NCBI GenBank assembly: GCA_964016885.1
Contig: OZ024743.1
Span: forward strand, 119,226,001-119,290,000
Reading direction: 5' to 3'
Source: Eledone cirrhosa
Lineage: Eukaryota
DNA: 64,000 nucleotides
How positions within the stretch are numbered: the stretch's first letter is position 1; every line of letters begins with the position of its first letter. Positions 53,965 to 64,000 of the stretch are shown piece by piece. Position numbers and translations under genes: made by a program. The notes under the pieces were generated by a model, which worked only from the letters and a program-made list of their open reading frames with translations, was not told the origin of the DNA and did not search any database.

Positions 53965-56800
53965 GTAATAATAATAAATTTGAAGACTAAAATCCAAAGA
54001 GGGCTCGATAAGGGTAAATATATATCAAATATATAAGAACCGTAGAGAAAATATTTATTAAATAACAGATTAAAGTTTAAGCAAAGAATCGCTGCTTTCA
54101 CCCTTAACAGTATCTTCTGAAACTAACAAAGTCAATCTGTAAACGCAGAACTGGATATTTCAAAAAACGTTGCAACCGGAGGAAGACAGGAAGACGATAC
54201 TTTGGTTCGTGGAAACGTTCGCTGGCTAAGAACGGGAAAAAACGAATATAATACGTCATTAATAGGAGCGGTGAAAAACAATACGCGCAAAGACAGAACC
54301 ACGTTTATAGTATAATAGAGGTCGTAGACTAATGTTCTCTTCGGTGGTGCATAGAGACGTTCTCTGGCGATGAACGAAAAAACCGAAGATAATACGTCAT
54401 ATGTGGAGCGTGGAGAACAATAGCACGCAAAGACAAAACCACGTAAATGTTATAGCAGAAGTCGTAGACTAAATTCTAACTAGGAGGCCGAATGAATCTC
54501 CGCTACGGAGTTAAGAACAAAGTAAATAAATACAATACAGAAGTAATAGAAATAAATAAATACATACACGCAAACAGAAACGTACATACACAAGCATACT
54601 CAAAAACTTACCATAGGTAAACAAAACCACGCACATATAAATATGTGTGTGTGTGTAAGCGTGTATACAAATAAATAAATAATTATATAAACGTATATAA
54701 ATAAATAAATACGTATATAACAAGCGCACACACATACCTACATGTAAATACACGAATGTTCGGACACGTAAGTCAACCAAAATATGAAGTACACATATAC
54801 ACACGCCCTACATACGTACGAACCTGCATACTCACACAGACGCAAAACTCCCGTATACACATAGTCGAACCATATGTACCAGAATATATAAAAAAATTAT
54901 ACGCCATAACAATCAAATATACGTACGAGAAGGTATACGTACCTTCACAAAACATACGGATAATATATACTTACCTATGCAAATAAGTAAAGGTATAAAC
55001 AAAAGATATACTTAGCTCCCACATCGAGACGTAAAATATCCACGTATAGATCGTACTATCCGTTAGGGTATAACGTGGGGCTGTAATACAGAAAAGTTTT
55101 GTGCAATTTATGTTTACAAGCCGAAATTGCCTCAGATTTTTTATTTAAGATGTGGTCTGTGGCGTAGAGTATTTCCAGGGCCTCAGCGGCGCAGAGGTCA
55201 CATGGTCTTTTATTTCCGTTATACGATCTAGCCCTCGCTAGGATCTCCCAGTGTAACTTATATTGGGTGTGGTTGTCTTTTAGACTCCAGATATAAGCTG
55301 AAAGTGACGTCATATTCCTTCTTAGAGGGTAACGAAAAGAATGGGTATGCATGTAAAGACGCTGCTTGAATCTATTGGTGGTTAACCCTATGTAGGCCCT
55401 ACGGGACGTGGGTGTTACAACCTTACATTTGTAGACAATGTTACTAGAGAGGCATTTACCGGATAGGGGCAATCAACCCGATTCCTACAATTACAGTTAG
55501 TACTAACTACAGGGTTGCACGTGTTCCTACGGCTAGGTAGTTTAGCTAAATTTGAAGCTGTGATGTTATGTACAAGGTTAGGAGTTGTAGAGTAAGAAAT
55601 TTTAATAGTATTTCTATTAAAAAGTTTACTCTATTTATGTGTAGGGGGAAAATGCTTCGTAATAAGGGAAAGAAAGATCTTAGCTAATGGTGTGGCCACC
55701 TCAATATTATATGGTGGGTTATACCAACAAATGCGACGGGATCTATTTCTTCTAGGTCTATTTTCGTACTCTGTATATGCTTCCTTATCGACAAATCCAC
55801 TTCGAGCAAGAGCTTCATTGTAATAAGTGGAATGGTCGTTGAAAATACGCTCGTTGGTGGAAAGACGGGAAAGCCTCAACGAAACGTTTCTTACCAGGTT
55901 CTTGGTTATGCTGGCAGGATGGTTGGAATGCTTACTTATGTAATTAAGCGTATCATTCGGCTTTCTATACGGGTAATACAACCCATTCAATAGGTTGAGG
56001 GTAACGTCGAGGTAATTAACGACCGAGAGATTGGCCTCAACTTGTATAGAGAGGTTGAAGCCTTTAAAGAAGGCTGTGAGTTCTTTTCTGAACCTGTCGC
56101 AAGCACGAGGTCCGCACTTAGTCATGGTCAAAAGACCATCGTCACGGTACAAACCACCGCCCGCGTTGGGGAATTCGTCCTTGATAGAGAAAAGAAGGAA
56201 AAGGCCGATAAGATCAGTAACCTCCGCGTGGTTTTGTTTACCTATGGTAAGTTTTTGAGTATGCTTGTGTATGTACGTTTCTGTTTGCGTGTATGTATTT
56301 ATTTATTTCTATTACTTCTGTATTGTATTTATTTACTTTGTTCTTAACTCCGTAGCGGAGATTCATTCGGTCTCCTAGTTAGAATTTAGTCTACGACTTC
56401 TGCTATACCATTTACGTGGTTTTGTCTTTGCGTGCTATTGTTATCCACGCTCCACATATGACGTATTATCTTCGTTTTTTTCGTTCATCGCTAGAGAACG
56501 TCTCTATGCACCGAAGAGAACATTAGTCTACGACCTCTATTATACTATAAACGTGGTTCTGTCTTTGCGCGTATTGTTTTTCACCGCTCCTATTAATGAC
56601 GTATTATTCGTTTTTTCCGGTTCTTTGCCAGCGAACGTTTCCACGAACCAAAGTATCGTCTTCCTGTCTTCTTCCGGTTTTAACGTTTTTTGAAATATCC
56701 AGTTCTGCGTTTACAGATTGACTTTGTTAGTTTCAGAAGATACCGTTAAGGGTGAAAGCAGCGATTCTTTGCTTAAACTTTAATCTGTTATTTAATAAAT
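53965..56800 (-). mobile_element. Penelope-like retroelement (Neptune-type), 5'-truncated with an inverted duplication of its 3' region
   Basis: RT and GIY-YIG remnants on minus. 56226-56800 is the reverse complement of ~54052-54632. An extra ~85-bp tail is present only at the 53965 end. Both ends abut (TA)n. HHR-like motifs at 54074-54124 (-) and 56729-56779 (+). Confidence 0.9.
55056..56227 (-). pseudogene. Penelope-like RT/GIY-YIG polyprotein, C-terminal part, disrupted
   Basis: AEVTDLIG..GLYRDDGL (RT catalytic motif), VNYLDVTLNL, PYRKPN..YI...SNHP, WYNPPY, linker CNCRNRVDCPLSGKC, then NIVYKC..AYIGLT..FKQRLY.H (GIY-YIG). Premature TAG at 55631-33 and a 1-nt frameshift near 55468. Confidence 0.9.
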
Positions 56801-57003
56801 ATATATATATATATATATATATATTCTCACAGACATATGCATATAAATATACACCCATACACATATACATTTATAAATCATACATATATATATAGAGAGA
56901 GACATACAAATCACCTTACAGATATATACTGGCACCCACATGTACACATACACACATACACTTAGATACAAACACACACACTCATATGCATATATATAAA
57001 CAC

Positions 57004-57795
57004 ATATATCCTGATGGGAGACTTCAATGCACATGTTGACACTGACGACCTCACATGGAAAGGAGTTATAGGGAGAAATCGCAACCCCGATCTAAATACG
57101 AATGGATAGGCCTAACTAGACTTCTGTTCTAACAATGGAATCTCTATTATGAACACCTTCTTCCAGCATAGAGATATCCATAAATATACATGGTATAAGG
57201 GGTGTCAGAGACAGAGATCCATAACTGATTTTATTATTGTCTCTGATCTCTGATCTCTTTGATTCTGTGCTGGAAGTTCGTCTTAAGAGAGGGGCTGAAC
57301 TGTCAACTGATCTCCATCTAGTTATCAGCAACTTGAGACTACCTAAAACCAAAGAAACCCACAAAACAAAGAGGTCCAAGCATTAGTGGATGAGGAAATC
57401 AGGACGAGGTATGATGATACTATTGCATCTAAATTCAGAGAACGCCCTTAGCAAACTGAGGACATTGAGACAGACGTCAGATTGTTCTGTATCAGCTGTT
57501 AAATGCTGCGGGCGAAAGACGCTTGGTGTGGCACCGGATGGCAGGAAGATCCCCTTGGTTCAATAGAGGGGTCAAAGATGACATCCGAGCAAAGAGGCTT
57601 ATATAGCTTGGCTTGGAAATAGATCCTCCTTTTTGTACTTGCGATACAAGTAGGCATGAAGAATCGCAGTAGAGTCAGTAAAGGCGTCGCCGACTTTGGG
57701 GTTAAACTGGAATCCAACTTCAAATCAGCAAATAATGTGATCTGGCAGATCATCTGCCGACTTGGTAATAAAAATCCCTCCTCCACACCTGCTGT
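57004..57795 (+). pseudogene. RTE-like LINE APE endonuclease fragment
   Basis: ILMGDFNAHVD..TWKGVIGRN..PDLN.NG, LDFCSNNGISIMNTFFQHRDIHKYTWY and RSITDFII, with stops and frameshifts. Confidence 0.82.
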
Positions 57796-57945
57796 ATAAA
57801 CCTATTGAGCTTAAATCTTCTCAATCGCAATTTATCTTCTAGTAACTATATTTGTTCTCATATATTATTATTTCTAATAAAACAAAACAAATATATATGA
57901 GAAAATGTATATACATGTGTGTGTATATATGCATATGTGCACACA

Positions 57946-58015
<70 letters not shown>

Positions 58016-58918
58016 TGAGTATTGAAACAGGTGAAAAAGTACTCAATCCATGGTACATGTTTCAGTATATTTATTGCTTCAGCCCCACAGTCTCCTACAA
58101 TGATACATCGATTTTCTCTTGTGTGATCGTTCAGTGTCCATATGTGATACTTTGGGGGAAGATTTTCTACTATAGTCTTCGGTCAACTAATTGTTATGTT
58201 CTGTGTCGAGTAATCGTATCTTATTGAATTCTTAAGACACACAATATTGTAATGACAATAATAGAATTCTTTGTATATGAATATTTTATTCATTTTTCCT
58301 CATAAGCCAGCCCGAAAGTTCACGTCATAGCATATTTTCGTTAGCTTTACCTTTATCCTCACAAATCTCTGACCGAACTTCATCTAATCCAGATAGAGAA
58401 CACAATATATTGCTTGCCGTAAACACCTGTGAAGCTATGAACAACGACTTGATAATAAGCAGTCAAACAAACAAACAATACAAGCAACCAACAAGCAAAA
58501 GAAAATCCATATTCAGATCAGGCAAAAACTCAAGTGGTTAAATTTTATACGACAGACTACTTTACATTGGCTTGAAGTTAAGGGAAGAGGAGCATAGCTG
58601 CAGAGTAATATCTTGATCCCCACTCCACGCCGCATCACTATCCTTTGCCATTATTTTCCCTCCACATCCCCTTCACTACCCATACTGCTACAAAACAACT
58701 ACTTCACTTCCAATAGATATAGCGACGGAGCAATCACTTAAGATATTATATTAGATTATTATTGCTGTTGTTCGTGTTGGCAAACGAATTATTATTATTA
58801 TTATTGTTCCTATTGTTGTTGTTGATGTTGTTGGTATTCTCGACCTTATTGTAAACCCCCACTGTCCCTGTCTTTGTATTGTCCCCTACATGTCGGCCCT
58901 TGTGGCTAATAAATGAAA

Positions 58919-58980
<62 letters not shown>

Positions 58981-59725
58981 GTTATAAATAGTATCTGTAG
59001 TAGTAGTATTGTCGTTGTTATTTTATTATCATTGTTGTTTTAATCTGATTACCGGATTATTCCAAGAGAGATAGAGAGAGAAACACGGCTTTACTCCTTG
59101 ATCGGTCCTTAACTACTTTATGTCAACATGTCCACAGCTTGGCTTCTTTTACAAACACAAAAAGTGAGACATTATCACTAGATATCCGATCTGCTTGTTT
59201 AAGAGGGAAGGGGTGACGAACAAGTGTAGAAAGGGATGCCTTTTGCTGTTGAAGATTTTTTTTTCTATCTTTTATCATTTTATATAAATATTTCTTTCTT
59301 TAGTTTTGCTATTCGGTGGCGATTAAAAGAGACTTTAGTCGTATGGAAGGATAAAAATACAACAACAAAATAGAATGGTCGTCGTTGAAGAAGAGGGTGG
59401 TTGGAGGTGAAGAAGACAAGAACAAATACAGAAAACTTTGATTATGCTGTTTATGATGACGATGATAATGATGATGACTACATGGTGATGGTAATGATGA
59501 TGTGGATAGTTGAAAGATGAATAAGAAAGCCAAAAAATAGAAAAGATAAAATGTATAAATATAAATACAATAATATAAGTGCGAGTAATTTAACGGTTAG
59601 TGTGTTTGATCACGAATATAGGAACGTGTGTTCGATTTCTGGGAGGACGTTTAGCTCTTCAATAAGACACTATTTCACGTTGCTCCAGTTCAGGAACTAT
59701 TTTTCGTCCAACACACGCTTGAGGT

Positions 59726-59762
<37 letters not shown>

Positions 59763-59772
59763 ACACACACAC

Positions 59773-59806
<34 letters not shown>

Positions 59807-59864
59807 GCACACACGCACACATACACCCACGCACATACACACACGCACACATATATATATGTAT

Positions 59865-60059
59865 ATAGCAGAGGAGTCAGGACACCGACGGCTGAGCTCC
59901 GGCCGTTTCAACAGCTAGATCCGATATAGCTGTTGAAACGGCTGGAGCTCAGCTGTCGGGTTCCTGACTCTTTTCCTATTACCCACTCTACTACCCTAAG
60001 TATTGAACACTCTGTTGTGTTATGGTCCACCTGGTATCCTACCACACCCTTTTTGTTAT
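59865..60059 (+). mobile_element. Fold-back element family A, diverged copy 3 (opposite orientation)
   Basis: Arms around GATCCGATA, then CCTATTACCCACTCTACTACCCTAAGTATTGA, the reverse complement of the family A tail. Confidence 0.7.
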
Positions 60060-60070
60060 ATATATATATA

Positions 60071-60234
60071 TACAAATTTTAGTACAGCATTAACGAAGCT
60101 TTAGTTGGCGGCCAAGCTAACGAATGCAAATTCGGTATGTAGCTTTAGCACTCGAATGGGAATAGTACTCCAGAGTAATAACAATACGTTTAGACAGCTT
60201 AGCAAATCAAATATAGCGATCGGCAGTCCAGCCG
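60071..60234 (-). mobile_element. Solo terminal segment of the 11981-12778 element
   Basis: Reverse complement of ~12612-12777, with the same AAATTTGTA end, in (TA)n. Confidence 0.75.
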
Positions 60235-61199
60235 ATATATATATATATATATATATATAATCGCTAGTAGCAATTATAACACTGTTGAACCATAATAGAG
60301 GTGTATATTAAAGTAAATATAAACATATTTTACGTTTGTATACAATAAACAAATGGGTAGCTTTATTGCCAAAGAAAAATATTTTTTCTTAACGAAAACA
60401 CTTATTTTTCTCTATGTTCCTCTGTGAACATATTACAAAGTTGCCCGCGTGTTTTGAGAATATCAGACAGCCTTGTTTCAGGATTTGTTAATCTTCCACC
60501 CAATCCTTACTGGGATGGAAATAGACTAGAGTATCTTTAGAATTTTGCATGATGAACATTTGCTGGAGTTGTTCATTTGCATATAGCAAATAGAAAACAT
60601 CGGCTGTAAAACTCGTTTGCATATAGTGCGAACTTGGCTGGTTCTATCTAATTAGTTAGTAGCGCTAAAGCAGTGTTTATGCATCATAGAGGTGTATATG
60701 AAAGCATATATAAACATATAGTATACCTTTATATATAACAAACATATGGGTAGCCTCGTTTTCACAGATGAATATAGACAACAAATTTTTTTTTTTTCGT
60801 TTTATATGATGACAGCATCCAGGTGTTCCAGTATTAGCCATCGCTTGAATTTTCAAACACGCTTCTGCGTTTTTAGATCATGGCTGTGACTTTTTAGACC
60901 AGCAAGATTTCTATATTCTCTGTTACAGATGTGGCCTTTGGTATGGTTGTCACGTACTTTTATGTGCCGCTTCAGGCCTCCTGTTGATTGGCAGACTTTA
61001 CTACATTGATGACAGTTTATTATACCATACGCATCAAGGTAACCTGCATCAGCCCTTTTTACATGGCTCTCTTTGATTCCTTTATCTAGCTTTCTGAAAC
61101 AGGCTCTGTCATACTTATTGCGTATCAGCTCTTTTTAGTCTCTTTCGCTTTCTGGCAGTTTCACTTTCAGGACCTTCTTAATGTTGCTTTTTAACCTTT

Positions 61200-63150
61200 T
61201 ATAATTTCTTCAGGCCGTTTCAAAGTGTATTTTCCCTTCATATAGAGCTTCCCTGTGCCAAGTTCGATCATTGGCAGATTGTTCCCAGTCTCTAGCGGAG
61301 ATGTCAGCTTTTGTCAAATATATTTTCACACAAACCTTGAACGTCATCTTAGGTTCATGAGGTGGATATATGCCATAAGGAATTGTTTGGGTAACATACA
61401 GTCCCACATTCTCACCACATGTCAAACTCATCGTCAACGGTGTTGCAAGATAATCGACTTAATACTCTGACAGCAACTTCATTCAATGACATCAATATCA
61501 CACATATATCCTCCAATGTAGATCCAAGATTCGACAAAGGCTCCGCTGGTAAAAGCAACCCGGCAGTTCTGACGCTTCCGATAAGTATCACACGTCTCAC
61601 AAGAGCACAGTAGAGATGACAATACACAAGTCACGTAGATGTTAACTTTAGCACCAATAGAAATATCTTGCTAAGATCATAGTCGCTTTTCCAACTTTCC
61701 GAAGGTGTCATTAGTTTTCCTGATTATTGATGGTATTTCAAATGACTCTGCAAACTAGCTTCACTCTTGCATACCATTTTATGGATATGGCACACATGAG
61801 TCATTCTGATAATCTTTAATGTAACTTGCACCCTATGCACTGTCATTCGCCACTTGAGTCCAGCAGCAGCCATACAAACCTTGTCGCAAAACTGGCACAA
61901 ATACTCCGCAGCCCTAACATAATCAGCCCCAGACTGCTGATTGCTGTGAGCTCTTAAAAGACTTGCAAGCCCAGAACGAGAATGAACAATGTTTCTGCAG
62001 ATGTTACGGACATACTCCGACCGTTTATTCTCCGGGTCTGAGTCTACATCACTTGTCCTAAGTGCTCTTTTAAACTGTGAATGCTCCACCCTTTTGACTT
62101 CAAAGCGATTACAACCATCACTCACAAACCAGCCTTCTCCAATCAGAGCTACTCTCTGTCACGTCTTCCCGATTCTCGATAATAATACCAAGAATCTTCA
62201 GGTTGCCTTTAGCAACATCGCCTGGGGCGTTTACCAAGTGTTAGATCTCCATGCCAAATTTGTTTAGGTATCCTCTCATCTCGCATCCGACCTACATACC
62301 CTGCCTAATACAGTTGGTTTCGAATGAGCAGTTTTTCCATGCTGGATGTATTGGTCCGCTGCAGAATAATGGTGCCAGGTATAAATAACTACCACACATA
62401 ATGTTCAAGATACACCTTAGGCATTTTGGTGGAATCTTTCCAATGTCTTTACATGATGCCGGTATATGACCCATTCAGGACACAGGATTGGTTGATACTT
62501 ATCTTAGTGCCAATCGAGATGCCGCTGGTCAACCGGGCCCGTCCCTCCAAACTACAGAATGCTTTGCAGGCTTTTTTCGATACTTAGTTTGATTTCGGAG
62601 TTCAATGAACCATCTCAAGAGAAAGCACTGTAAAGTTAGAAAAATATATCAACAATATATCAACTTCAACCCCCGAGCAAAAATGTTGGGATCGGTGTAA
62701 TGTTGCCCAGGAGGAGGTGTATATATGTTAATGGTAAATCAGAAAGCAGTGCATGCCCCATAAAACAGGTCCATGATTGCCTGAATGTCCTCCTCGATCT
62801 GAGCAGCAAGGTCTGCATCGTAACATACAGCAACTCTCTGATGACAAACTGTAAAGACTTTGATTTGGTGCTAAATCGTGTCACGTTTAAAATGTTACTT
62901 GTGGCACTGAAACGCAGATCACACCAACATCGCAATTATGAAAAGTATATATGAGAATTATAGCAAAGAACAGAGAACAGAGTTCGTGCTAGGATATCCC
63001 CTTGCTCAACATATTTGTCGAGGGATATGGATTCAGACAGAAAACCATTTAAGTTAATGCTCCCTTTCATACGTAGATGAAGTTGTTTGAACTTGCTCAC
63101 GAAATCCGGATGGCATCCTACCTTACTACGAATGATCTACAAAGCATACC
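61200..63150 (-). pseudogene. Decayed RTE-clade LINE(s): RT through C-terminal C2H2-like fingers
   Basis: IRELLY (RELLYADD motif), PKCLRCILNI, CQFCDKVC.AAAGLK..MTVH and a second finger ending LQSHLKYH. A second C-terminal fragment (DWEQSANDRTW..ALYEG..HFE) lies at 61210-61400. Confidence 0.7.
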
Positions 63151-63502
63151 TATTCACGGAGACAAAAGCTTTAGTGAGATCAAAATATGCGCGTTTGCAA
63201 CAAACACACACATACACATTTATATATGTATACATATATGTATTTATACACATACATACGCATACATGTATGTATATACCCACATACACGCAAACATCCC
63301 TACTCAAGCTTCCACATGTACACTTACCTATACAGGAGTCAATATGAGATTATTGTTGTAGTGTGCTAACCTGGGTGTGGCTCTTTGGTGTGTGCTGGTG
63401 TGCTGAGGAAATTCAGTCAGGGTTGGGAGTTCGAGGTACTAGCTTTATGAATTAAGTCCGTGAGATGTAAAATTTTGAAAAGTGAAGAGACACACACACA
63501 CA

Positions 63503-64000
63503 TCTATATATATAAAGTTGTATTCCTGTCTGTTTGTTTCTTCACGAACTACTCTTATGGTTTTGGAGATAGACCCCCATAACCGTATATATCTGAAAAT
63601 ACATTGCCCAGGGTACTTGGATAAGTATATTTCATTTTTTCCCTTCGATTTATATGAAATTTAAACCATAGGTAAATGACAAGATAGGATACCTATTCAC
63701 AAAATTTCAGCAAATTTCAATAATATTAAGACACCCTAATGGGGGTTAAATCCCCTATTAGGGTACCCCGGGGGCACAAACCCCTGCCAAAAAATTTTAC
63801 CTTCGATTTATATGAAATGTAAACCATTGTGTGCTCAGTCTGCGCATGCGCCACATCCGGGTGTCTGTGTGTGTTTATGTTCATTTATTTATTTGTTTAT
63901 TTACATGTTACTGGTTGGTTGTTTGTTCTATGTGTGTGTGTGCTTTCATTTTGTCCTTAATTGTAAGTTGTGATGTTGCTGTTCCACTCATGTTTTCTAT
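63503..64000 (+). mobile_element. Possible 5' part of another non-autonomous Helitron
   Basis: A|TCTATATATATAAAG followed by CTGTCTGTTTGTTT, like the 5' end of the 31546-32313 element. No CTAG 3' end seen in the window. Confidence 0.45.

Overview
This is AT-rich, microsatellite-saturated eukaryotic DNA, not prokaryotic. The repeat content (tRNA-derived SINEs, RTE/R4/Tx1 LINE relics, long (TA)n/(CA)n tracts) looks like a coleoid cephalopod, probably Octopus, which is an inference. Almost all listed ORFs are microsatellite artefacts. Real coding signal is limited to decayed retrotransposons and one probable 153-bp host exon (38856-39008, minus). The main hidden signal is a set of hammerhead-ribozyme (HHR) elements. 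(1) An 8.6-copy, near-identical 310-bp tandem array (28504-31160) in which each complete unit carries a type I HHR, i.e. a retrozyme-like element that should give 310-nt circular RNAs. (2) A diverged 335-bp relative at 46561-46910. (3) A 5'-truncated, 5'-inverted Neptune-type Penelope-like element (RT + GIY-YIG) with its own HHR-like motif, a plausible type of mobilising partner. (4) Several unrelated short fold-back elements inserted in (TA)n, carrying canonical, variant-core or half hammerheads. (5) A non-autonomous Helitron containing pieces of the Penelope terminal repeat. All structures were read by eye; no alignment, folding or database search was run.
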